A DNA stretch of 64,000 nucleotides from a virus. A program made the position numbers and the translations under genes. Position 1 is the first letter of the stretch. Each line of letters begins with the position of its first letter. The stretch spans positions 1 to 64,000 of IMG/VR virus record IMGVR_UViG_3300035703_000022. The stretch is one strand, 5' to 3'. This document shows positions 48,035 through 56,608 of the stretch, one piece after another. A model generated the notes under the pieces. It searched no databases. It was given only the letters and a program-made list of their open reading frames with translations, and was not told the origin of the DNA.

Positions 48035-48996
48035 TATTCTCTTTCAAGATCTAATGTAACGCAATGAAAACATCCACTCAATGTTCTTGAGTGTCTCATA
48101 GGGAGCATTGCACATTCTATACCGTGTTTTTCCAGTTCTTTTCGGGTAGGTTCTTGATGTTCTTCCAGAGCCACCAAATTAGGATTTACGCTGAAAAGAT
48201 TCATATTGATCCATTCAGAAGAATGGTTATATCCTGGATAATATCCAATATCTACTGGTTCTGGACACCAAACAACATCCCAGTTTCTAAAAGGTTCTGG
48301 GAGAATGTCCACAGACTTGATTCTTTCGGGATTTAATAACATCAAACCTTCACGAAGAAACGCAATCGTAGTATCTATGTGCATGTAACTATAAACACCC
48401 TGAAGAAGGTGAACTTTTGCACGATCTCTAAGCATTTCTTGAAGTAAATTAGCTCCCACAATATTTCCACTATTAGATACAAGATACAAAATATCATCAT
48501 TTGCACGAATAATATTTGCTGCATCAAATGCAGGAGTTACTTCCGTGAGTGCAAGAGTATCTTTATCTCCTACACAATCTTCATTGTAGAGTTCTTTTTG
48601 ATGTTTACATGGGACAATGATTGTTGTATCTAACCTATCAATTACGGATTTCCATGCATCTTTTCTACACTCCAACGGCATAGGAGTTGCAACGGTCAGA
48701 TCTTTATGGGTAAAGATTACATCTCTTGGACAAAAATTGTAATATTCTGTAGCAGTTCTTTTTGGTCTTACTACTTCTACGCCTTCTCCCAACAAAAACT
48801 TAACAAAGGTCTCCAAATCTTCATTTGCTTCATCTATGACTTGTTGTGGATATGGTCCAACTGGAACGTCTGAGACATCTTTTCTATCTGCATAGTTAAT
48901 TGTACGGACACTTAAATCTACTTCGGGAACTGTTGCATGGTCTGCAACTCCCACAACTACCTTTTTTAGTTTACTCCACTCATTTTGACTTTTCAT
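48034..48996 (-). CDS. Amidinotransferase (AGAT/StrB1 family)
   Basis: NEWSKLKKVVVG, CPRD, FDAAN, HIDTT, MN, GCFHCVTLDL.R; Asp/His/Cys catalytic motifs present. Confidence 0.92.
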   Translation of the reverse strand: MKSQNEWSKLKKVVVGVADHATVPEVDLSVRTINYADRKDVSDVPVGPYPQQVIDEANEDLETFVKFLLGEGVEVVRPKRTATEYYNFCPRDVIFTHKDLTVATPMPLECRKDAWKSVIDRLDTTIIVPCKHQKELYNEDCVGDKDTLALTEVTPAFDAANIIRANDDILYLVSNSGNIVGANLLQEMLRDRAKVHLLQGVYSYMHIDTTIAFLREGLMLLNPERIKSVDILPEPFRNWDVVWCPEPVDIGYYPGYNHSSEWINMNLFSVNPNLVALEEHQEPTRKELEKHGIECAMLPMRHSRTLSGCFHCVTLDLERE

Positions 48997-49493
48997 TTCT
49001 TGACCCCAGTGATTTGAATCGCATATCTATCTTTCATACTAAAATTATAAAATGCATGTATTTCATCATAATCCCAATAAAAACAATGCCCAGCTTTCCA
49101 TCTACAATATGCAGTATCTTTAACCTGCAAAATTTGACCTGGAGAACTATCTTCCAACATTACCATACATCGGATTACATTTTCAGAATCAACATTATTT
49201 AATTCTACATACTTTCCATAAAGATCTGTATGGAGAGGTAAATATTGTCCAGGTTTAAAATAATTAACTGCAGCAGCTACTTTATCTAAAAAACTAAACT
49301 TAGGAATAATATAATCATTCACGCATTTTGGCATAGGATTTGGTAAATGATATTTGTACATAGACAACTTATCTTTACTGTGTCCAGAATTCAAATATTG
49401 ATTTACTAACTCCTCATCTTTATGAGTACATAAAATATAATCAAGATTATAGAAGTCTTTAATATCCCAATTAGGCGTTATATGATTAATCAT
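48993..49493 (-). CDS. 2OG-Fe(II)/cupin hydroxylase (Asp/Asn beta-hydroxylase-like)
   Basis: PGQYLPLHTD..W.AG..H..YN..RY.IQITG. Confidence 0.75.
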   Translation of the reverse strand: MINHITPNWDIKDFYNLDYILCTHKDEELVNQYLNSGHSKDKLSMYKYHLPNPMPKCVNDYIIPKFSFLDKVAAAVNYFKPGQYLPLHTDLYGKYVELNNVDSENVIRCMVMLEDSSPGQILQVKDTAYCRWKAGHCFYWDYDEIHAFYNFSMKDRYAIQITGVKK

Positions 49494-50089
49494 GCAAATA
49501 CTGACATTCTCGTTAAATCAGGGTAATCCCTGTGGCTCCATTTTTTACCGGGAATTTTTTTCCGCTCATTTAGTAATTTAATTCCGATTTTGGCCACCTC
49601 AGGGGTCATATAGTAATGATACCCGATAGTATCTATGTCTTGTTCAACCCATGGACGACTGAGATCACGACCATCATAAGACATTTTTTTCAGTGTATCA
49701 TAATCTTCTTTGTTTTGCAATAAGATCGCACCACCTCTTCCAAGGTTTAAGTGTTTTTTAAACTGAAAACTTAAACACATAAACGTACCAGGAATATAAG
49801 TATTCTCTCCCCAAAGAACAGCAGCATCAATGATATTTGTAGGTGCTAAGTAATAATAATCAGACCATTCTTCTTCCCTCCAGTTCCAGTCTAATCTAAG
49901 TTTCATACAGGTCATTGGAACTGAAATATAAGTTCTCGTAGGGATGGTAATATAATCTTCCTGAGTATGTCTTAAACAAAGTTCCAATGCATGAGTACAC
50001 GAATCAGTAGCTACTGCATAAGGGGATCCGAAAAACTCTGCAATTTGATTCTCAAATTCAGTAACGTACTCAAACATTTTCAAATTCAC
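49490..50089 (-). CDS. Minimal DegT/DnrJ/EryC1/StrS PLP aminotransferase
   Basis: FE..IAEFFG..AVATDSCTHALEL, IIDAA, SFQFKKHL..GRGG; only 199 aa. Confidence 0.85.
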   Translation of the reverse strand: MNLKMFEYVTEFENQIAEFFGSPYAVATDSCTHALELCLRHTQEDYITIPTRTYISVPMTCMKLRLDWNWREEEWSDYYYLAPTNIIDAAVLWGENTYIPGTFMCLSFQFKKHLNLGRGGAILLQNKEDYDTLKKMSYDGRDLSRPWVEQDIDTIGYHYYMTPEVAKIGIKLLNERKKIPGKKWSHRDYPDLTRMSVFA

Positions 50090-50921
50090 TGGGTAAAATT
50101 ATTCTATCATTTGGTTTGCCATAAGTAAAGAAGTCTTCCAAAGTATATTCATCTCGAAGTTCTGTCCACCATTTTTTACATGATTTGTACGAAAATTCTA
50201 AATCACCTCTTTCCTCTTTTCTACAAATATTTTCAGCATAACTACCAAAACGTTGATTTATAGAAAACAAAGGCATGGAGTAAGTTTTGCCATTATGACA
50301 TAAAAAATAGTCTACCGTAAAATTTGGATTGTTAGTTTCTTTTTCAGTCCATTTATAATTACAGATTTTTTTGGATAAATCAAACTTACCATCTTTATAA
50401 TGAAGACTTATAATTTTTTCTGCATATCTTCTATTAATCATACAACCCCCAACTCCATGGCCAGGTAAAATTGGATGTAAAAAACAAGGAATTAGATCCG
50501 GATTTTCAAAACTCATTTGTATACAGTCCCAATCATAGGGGATATTGTTCATTAAATATTGCCAATCAAAGTGCCAGTATTCAATAAAAAATAAATCATA
50601 GTCATCCTCCATTAAAATTAAATATTTTTCATTGGTAGTTTCCAACCAATTCTTAATTATTAATAGATATGAAAGGGCTATACTTGTATCGGTAATATGT
50701 CGTTTATTTTTCTCGATGTCCTTTGGAAATGGGTTCAAAATAACCATATTTTTCCAATCTTCATATGTAGAAAATTGGTATTTTGATCCAGATACTTTCG
50801 TATAATTTGATATCCCCCAATAATCATATTGTATCTCAGCATATTTTTGTCTGTCCTCCCTTTCATCCAAAGTCAATAACATAATATGAGGAAGATCTTT
50901 TAATTTATTAGCTAAATTCAT
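50070..50921 (-). CDS. Glycosyltransferase family 25-like
   Basis: LDEREDR, LMEDD, PYDWDCIQ, INRRYA. Confidence 0.8.
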   Translation of the reverse strand: MNLANKLKDLPHIMLLTLDEREDRQKYAEIQYDYWGISNYTKVSGSKYQFSTYEDWKNMVILNPFPKDIEKNKRHITDTSIALSYLLIIKNWLETTNEKYLILMEDDYDLFFIEYWHFDWQYLMNNIPYDWDCIQMSFENPDLIPCFLHPILPGHGVGGCMINRRYAEKIISLHYKDGKFDLSKKICNYKWTEKETNNPNFTVDYFLCHNGKTYSMPLFSINQRFGSYAENICRKEERGDLEFSYKSCKKWWTELRDEYTLEDFFTYGKPNDRIILPSEFENV

Positions 50922-51787
50922 ATATCTATCTCTCTCGGTGTAATTATTCTATCATTTGGTTTGCCATAAGTAAAGAACTCATCCAAAGTATACTCATCTC
51001 TAAGTTCTGTCCACCACTTTTTATAAGCTTTATAAGAAAACTCTAAATCAGTTCTCTCTGGTTTTCTGCAAATATTTTGAGCCCAACTACCAAGATTTTG
51101 ATTTACGGAAAATAGAGGAATGCAGTAAGTTTTTCCATTGTGACCTAGAAAATAATCTGTGGTAAAATTTGGCATACCTAGTCCTTCATAGGTAGAGATG
51201 CCCTTGGGTGACCACTTATAGTTAGAAATTTTTTGTGAGAGATCAAACTTACCATCTTTATAATGAAGACTTATAATTTTTTCTGCATATCTTCTATTAA
51301 TTAATGAACCTCCACTATCATGTTTAGCTAGAATTGGATGCAAAAAACAGGGAATTTCTTCTTCATTTTCAAAACTCATCTGAATACAATCCCAATCATA
51401 CGGAAGACTATTCATCAGATATTCCCAATCAAAGTGCCAATGTTCTATAAAACTTAGATCATAGTCATCTTCCATGATAATAACATATTGATCATTACTA
51501 GTCTCCAACCAATTTTTAATGTTTACTAAATGGGAAAGAGTAATAGAAATTTCTGCAATATGATGATTCTTTCTCAGATAATCTTCAGGAAAAGGATTCA
51601 AAATAACTAAATCTTTCCAATAATTTTCATATGTTGAAAGTTGATACTTTGATCCAGATACTTTTGTATAATTTTTTATTCCCCAATAATCATATTGAGT
51701 TTCGGTATATTCCAACCTATCCTTTCTTTCATCTATTGTTGCCAGAATAATAGGAGGAAAATTTCGTAACTTATCTTTTAAATTCAT
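50918..51787 (-). CDS. Glycosyltransferase family 25-like
   Basis: DERKDR, SH, IMEDD, PYDWDCIQ, LINRRYA. Confidence 0.8.
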   Translation of the reverse strand: MNLKDKLRNFPPIILATIDERKDRLEYTETQYDYWGIKNYTKVSGSKYQLSTYENYWKDLVILNPFPEDYLRKNHHIAEISITLSHLVNIKNWLETSNDQYVIIMEDDYDLSFIEHWHFDWEYLMNSLPYDWDCIQMSFENEEEIPCFLHPILAKHDSGGSLINRRYAEKIISLHYKDGKFDLSQKISNYKWSPKGISTYEGLGMPNFTTDYFLGHNGKTYCIPLFSVNQNLGSWAQNICRKPERTDLEFSYKAYKKWWTELRDEYTLDEFFTYGKPNDRIITPREIDI

Positions 51788-52586
51788 GACTCACTTCTAT
51801 GCACAATTCTTTCATTCTAGATGAATTTAAATAAAAAATATCATCCAAAGTATAATTTAAAGACTTACGTTTCCACCAATCTAAAACTATAACATCACAA
51901 TTTTTAGCCATATAATTTATATCTCCATTCCTAAGTCCATCACTTACAAAATTATAATTAGTAGTGAAAATTGGAATAGAATAAGTAACCCCTATTTGAT
52001 ACAAAACAAAATCTACAGACTGGTAATGATATTGTGGCCAATTTAAATTATATCCGTAATTAGAATACAATTTAAATTTTTCATCCACATAATGAAGATT
52101 GATGAGTTTTTGTGCATATGATCTATTAATAAGTATGCATCCAGTAGAGTGATTATTCCTAGTCCATTTGGATAAATTCATCTTAACAAATCTCTCACCA
52201 ATAATATGAAGTTGAACACATTCCCAATTGCAAGGTAAATTATTTTCAAAAGTTTTCCAATCAAAATTCCAGTATTCAACTGGTTCTAGGCATAAATCAT
52301 CCTCAATAATTAAACAAGTTTCCGAAACATTTGATTCATACCAATCAATTATGCCATGCATTCTATCAATTAAAGTAGCAAGAAACCATACTTGCGTTCT
52401 AAGTTTATCAGTTATTACTTTAGGTTTCCATTCTTTGTAATTATCTACCGAATATCTAGAAGAATTAACTCTATGGTAGTCTTTTATCCCATATTTTGAG
52501 AACTGGGTTTCCAAGTACTCTCTGCGATCTGCTCTATGATCTAAGTTAAAATAATATATGGGAGGAATCGTATCCAACTTTGTCAT
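51771..52586 (-). CDS. Glycosyltransferase family 25-like
   Basis: YYFNLDHRADRR, IIEDD, P.NWECVQL, LINRSYA. Confidence 0.8.
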   Translation of the reverse strand: MTKLDTIPPIYYFNLDHRADRREYLETQFSKYGIKDYHRVNSSRYSVDNYKEWKPKVITDKLRTQVWFLATLIDRMHGIIDWYESNVSETCLIIEDDLCLEPVEYWNFDWKTFENNLPCNWECVQLHIIGERFVKMNLSKWTRNNHSTGCILINRSYAQKLINLHYVDEKFKLYSNYGYNLNWPQYHYQSVDFVLYQIGVTYSIPIFTTNYNFVSDGLRNGDINYMAKNCDVIVLDWWKRKSLNYTLDDIFYLNSSRMKELCIEVSHEFKR

Positions 52587-53380
52587 TATAAATTTACTTT
52601 TACAGTCATTTCAGAATCATTATCTTTACCATAAGAAAAAAATTCATCTAAAGAATAATTATCTCTCAGATTGTTCCACCAATTATAGTAAATATCTCTG
52701 CAGATAAAATGATGTTTTTTGGGTATTTTATCTAACTCTGGATTTTGAGTTATTAGAGGTAATTGATATGTTTTTCCTAGAAAAGAAAAGAAACCATCCA
52801 ATGAAACGACTCGATAACCTTTATTAAATGGATGAATTCCATATTTACGAATTAATAGATATTTTTCTTTGAAATAGTGTAAGTTGATTAATTTTTGAGC
52901 AAAATGTCTATTAATTAAGAGTGGACCAAAAGCACTAGTCTGATCCTTTGGATGTAGAAAAAACTTAATATGATACGATGATTCATATCCCAATTGTATA
53001 CAATCCCAATCATATGGAATGTTATTCATTAGATATTGCCAATCAAAGTGCCAGTGTTTGATTAAACTTAAATCATAATCGTCTTCCATAATAATAAGAT
53101 ATTTTTCATTGGTAGTTTCCAACCAATATCTAATCATTTCAAAAGTCGAGAGACTAATTGAAGCAGTTAATATATGATCGTCTTTTGTAATCATTTCAGA
53201 AAAATGTAATACATCTTTCCAATCATTATAATTTTTAGATAAGTAATTTGATCCAGAAAATCTCACCACATTAGTGAGATTCCAGTTTTCAAATTGTGTT
53301 TCCATATATTTTCTTCTATCCAATTCAGAATCCAAATTTAGATAGTAGATACTAGGAATTCCTTTAAGTTTATCAGACAT
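52586..53380 (-). CDS. Glycosyltransferase family 25-like
   Basis: YYLNLD..DRR, IMEDD, PYDWDCIQL, LINRHFA. Confidence 0.8.
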   Translation of the reverse strand: MSDKLKGIPSIYYLNLDSELDRRKYMETQFENWNLTNVVRFSGSNYLSKNYNDWKDVLHFSEMITKDDHILTASISLSTFEMIRYWLETTNEKYLIIMEDDYDLSLIKHWHFDWQYLMNNIPYDWDCIQLGYESSYHIKFFLHPKDQTSAFGPLLINRHFAQKLINLHYFKEKYLLIRKYGIHPFNKGYRVVSLDGFFSFLGKTYQLPLITQNPELDKIPKKHHFICRDIYYNWWNNLRDNYSLDEFFSYGKDNDSEMTVKVNL

Positions 53381-54542
53381 ACCAAGTAATAATAGAATAT
53401 CTAGTTCCAGAAATTACCGGCATTATTTCATGTGGATACATAAAATTTGAAGGAAACATGATAATAGATCCTTTAGAACCTCTTATTATGATTTCTCTAT
53501 CAAAAAATGCAAACTCACCTCCTTCATAATCATCATTCAAAAGAAAAGAACAACTTACTGATCTTTGTTGATTTTTGAATGAATCGGTATGTTGAATATA
53601 AAACTGTCCTTTTTTATATCTCAGTAAATCATAACCAGTGTCAATCTCTGAAGCAACTTCTGGAAATATTTTTCTATATTCATTTATAGCATTTGAAGCG
53701 CAGACATAAAAATCCTCATCTAATTTTTTTCTAACATCAAAATTCTTTTGGTGTGCAATATCACTAGATATACTTAAAATATCGCAATTCCTAACCTTAT
53801 CATCAACATTTCCAACACCTACACTACTCTGTTGCCAAAGACTACATCCTTGATATTCTTCCAAAATTCTATCACACAATTCTTTCGGAACAACATTATC
53901 TAATGTAAAAATATAGTCTTCTAATGATTTTTTACTCTTAATGTGAATTGGTTTTGTTTCTGATTTTTTCTTAGGAACAATATCTTCAACTATTGGTTTA
54001 GTCGTTTCATTAAGTTTATCGAAGTATGTATATGAACAATCTCCACGACTTCTAACATAATGTAAAAATACTTGGGTATAGTATTCACCATGATAAGAAT
54101 TTCTCCAATGTGGAGCAATTTTACCAAGATAAATCATGGCATCTCCCGGATTTAAATCCACGGAATGTTGTTCTCCTGTTGGGGTTTCAATCCATATTGG
54201 CCAATCAGAATCACCATGCAAATGCAAAGTCAATGATATTTCACAAGCATCTCTATCGATATGACGTAGTAATTCACTACCATTTTTATAAATTCTAGCG
54301 TAAGTATACGTAGGTAAGACAGTTTCTCCAATCGCATTAGAAATTTCTGAAGTTTTTTCACAAAGTAATTCTAAAAATGGAATGTAATTATACTTGGAAT
54401 AAGAATTTGGAGCTTGTTCATCTCCATTTAAATTATTTTCTTTGCAATACTCCAAAAATTCAAAAGAAAGAGAATCCGACCTTTCCTTTGAAATAAAATT
54501 TGGTAGTACAATATAATTATTATTAATTAATTTATCATTCAT
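53373..54542 (-). CDS. Two-domain 2OG-Fe(II) oxygenase (C-terminal domain prolyl-4-hydroxylase-like)
   Basis: Domain 1: RIY..G..L.RHIDR..HWR. Domain 2: LRY..GQFY..HTD..LNDDYEGGEF..FPSNFMYPHE..PV..GTRYSI. Confidence 0.88.
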   Translation of the reverse strand: MNDKLINNNYIVLPNFISKERSDSLSFEFLEYCKENNLNGDEQAPNSYSKYNYIPFLELLCEKTSEISNAIGETVLPTYTYARIYKNGSELLRHIDRDACEISLTLHLHGDSDWPIWIETPTGEQHSVDLNPGDAMIYLGKIAPHWRNSYHGEYYTQVFLHYVRSRGDCSYTYFDKLNETTKPIVEDIVPKKKSETKPIHIKSKKSLEDYIFTLDNVVPKELCDRILEEYQGCSLWQQSSVGVGNVDDKVRNCDILSISSDIAHQKNFDVRKKLDEDFYVCASNAINEYRKIFPEVASEIDTGYDLLRYKKGQFYIQHTDSFKNQQRSVSCSFLLNDDYEGGEFAFFDREIIIRGSKGSIIMFPSNFMYPHEIMPVISGTRYSIITWYV

Positions 54543-54565
54543 AATTTAATATAATCAATGAAAGT

Positions 54566-55078
54566 TTAAATTTCTTTTAGTAACTCCTCAATATCATAAA
54601 ATAGATCTTCATCTTCATCATCTTCTTCAACTTTTTGATTAGGAAGCAAAGGTTCTACTGGAGGTATGTGGTTTGGTGTTGGTGGAATATATGTTTCTGC
54701 TACTACTTCATCAACAAAGTCATCAAAGTTCTCAATAGATATGCCATCTTCATCATCAAAAGAAATGAATTGTGATCTCACACGTTCTTCATGTTCTTTT
54801 TTAAGTCTCTCTTCTTCCTCTAAACGTTTTTGTAGAAGTGCATCCTCTTCTTCTTTTCGTTCGTTCCATAAATTAACTGCGGTTTGGAATATACCCAGCT
54901 CAGTAATTTCCAAATTTTGATCTGGTCCAACAAATTCAACTTCACCTTTAGTATCATACCACTGAACTGCATGAACTTTCTTTCCATCAATATCAGGAAC
55001 CCAACTCATATCCAAATCGGAATATCCAATTCCATTTAAATAAACAGAACGATCTATAGGAATAATAGATAGTCTCAT
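54566..55078 (-). CDS. Hypothetical protein (possible fibre-assembly factor) with acidic tail
   Basis: RLSIIP.D..V..HAVQW..GEVE; adjacent to fibre-like genes. Confidence 0.5.
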   Translation of the reverse strand: MRLSIIPIDRSVYLNGIGYSDLDMSWVPDIDGKKVHAVQWYDTKGEVEFVGPDQNLEITELGIFQTAVNLWNERKEEEDALLQKRLEEEERLKKEHEERVRSQFISFDDEDGISIENFDDFVDEVVAETYIPPTPNHIPPVEPLLPNQKVEEDDEDEDLFYDIEELLKEI

Positions 55079-55081
55079 AAT

Positions 55082-55426
55082 TTATTCTCCTAAATTTTCT
55101 GGTAACGTGTGAGTACTTGTCAAAGAAGTTATATTTACTGGCAAAATACCATTTTGTTGAATCATATCAATATATAGTTGTCTATTTTCATCATTAGACT
55201 TTACTACTTCGTTTCTAAATGACTCTACTGCTGCTCCAGTTTGTCTCTGTTGTTGAGAATTTTCAATAGTTAACATAGGCATCCAAGTAACAGCACATGA
55301 CCAATGATCTACATCTTCTCCCGTATTTGGATTCATTCCCCTTACATGCATATACCAAGAACACTTATGTTCTACACAGTCCTTTTTAATCAAGGGACAA
55401 AAATTTCCAGATTGATTTTTTTTCAT
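55082..55426 (-). CDS. Cys-rich conserved phage protein
   Basis: CPL..DC..C.W..G.NP.TG..CA..P.L.IENS..AAVESFRNE. Confidence 0.6.
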   Translation of the reverse strand: MKKNQSGNFCPLIKKDCVEHKCSWYMHVRGMNPNTGEDVDHWSCAVTWMPMLTIENSQQQRQTGAAVESFRNEVVKSNDENRQLYIDMIQQNGILPVNITSLTSTHTLPENLGE

Positions 55427-55461
55427 ATTGAAATAACAATTATACTATATTCTACTACAAC

Positions 55462-55980
55462 TTAATTAAAACTACAAACAATAACATCAATATACTGAAC
55501 CCTAAGATCTAAATCGATTGTAAAATTAGCTGTACCAGACCATGGGTGGGAATGAGATTCTCCTCCACCAGTAGATCCTGTTGATGGTGTAGTTCTAGTC
55601 CAACCAGAACCACTTCCAACATCACCACCACCAGGAGACAATCCAATAGCGCCTGAGTTTGGGTGTGTATGACTTGGCAATTGGGCAGTTGTTAATGTAT
55701 GATTACCAACAGATCCAGTCATTGGTATACTTGGGGATGTTACAGTTCTAAGGGAGGTAGGAAATACTGTACTAAAAGATGAAGTTCCACCAGAACCTCC
55801 TCCATCACCATTAACAACTCTAAGAGTCTTATCATTATGGGTTGTACTCTTTGTCCACCCAGAGGGTGCGGATTGTTGAAAAAATATAGATACTGAACTT
55901 TGAGGGACAATACCATATTTGGAATTCAAAATTGTATTATCACCAAAAACTACTCCAGAAGATGTTAATTTAGCTGCCAT
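55462..55980 (-). CDS. Short tail-collar/fibre-tip-like protein, paralog 1
   Basis: F.Q.SAPSGWTK..HN.K.LRVV.G, HTLT..QLPSHTH, HSH, VQY.D.I.C. Confidence 0.65.
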   Translation of the reverse strand: MAAKLTSSGVVFGDNTILNSKYGIVPQSSVSIFFQQSAPSGWTKSTTHNDKTLRVVNGDGGGSGGTSSFSTVFPTSLRTVTSPSIPMTGSVGNHTLTTAQLPSHTHPNSGAIGLSPGGGDVGSGSGWTRTTPSTGSTGGGESHSHPWSGTANFTIDLDLRVQYIDVIVCSFN

Positions 55981-56018
55981 TTTATATAATGTAAACTACA
56001 GATTGTTATTAACAGTAT

Positions 56019-56567
56019 TTATCCATCAAAAGTACAGATAATAATATCTACATATTGAACAGATATACTAACTGATTGTGGGCTTACGGGTCCACTTACA
56101 CTAACAGGATGACTATGACCGTCGCCTCCAGTAAATTCACCTATTGCAGGAGTTGTTCTAGTCCAACCAGCAGATCTAATTACATCGCCTCCATTCCATC
56201 CAATAAAAGATCCATCTGGGTTAAATAATTGTGGAACTGCATCCAATCCAGTTGGTTGAGGGTGGGTATGAGACGCAATTTGACTAGTTAATAATTGATG
56301 TGGTCCAGAAGGATTAGTAGAATATATTGTACCTCCAATATTAAAACTACTCATAGTAGATGTAAATGAATTTGTTCCCCCAGAACCTCCACCATTACCA
56401 CTAACAACTCTAAGTGCCTTATTGTTGTGAGTTGTAACCTTAGTCCATCCGGAGGGTGCTGATTGTTGATAAAAAATCCAAGAAGTACCTGTACTAAAAA
56501 TACCTCTTTTGGAATTTAGTTGGCTTGTGTCACTAAATGTAATACCATTTGCAGTCAATTTGGCCAT
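56019..56567 (-). CDS. Short tail-collar/fibre-tip-like protein, paralog 2
   Basis: Same motif set with HTH/HSH pairs. Confidence 0.65.
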   Translation of the reverse strand: MAKLTANGITFSDTSQLNSKRGIFSTGTSWIFYQQSAPSGWTKVTTHNNKALRVVSGNGGGSGGTNSFTSTMSSFNIGGTIYSTNPSGPHQLLTSQIASHTHPQPTGLDAVPQLFNPDGSFIGWNGGDVIRSAGWTRTTPAIGEFTGGDGHSHPVSVSGPVSPQSVSISVQYVDIIICTFDG

Positions 56568-56598
56568 TTTTTATTCCAACATATTACCTATCTTAGAA

Positions 56599-56606
56599 TA
56601 TTTATA
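56599..56606 (-). promoter_or_regulatory. T4-type late promoter
   Basis: TATAAATA about 30 nt upstream of the ATG at 56567. Confidence 0.7.
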
Positions 56607-56608
56607 AT

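Noticed and set aside
45603-48996. Saxitoxin-like cluster (SxtI carbamoyltransferase plus SxtG amidinotransferase)
   Set aside because: No SxtA-like PKS or other sxt genes; five glycosyltransferases and a sugar aminotransferase point to glycan chemistry instead
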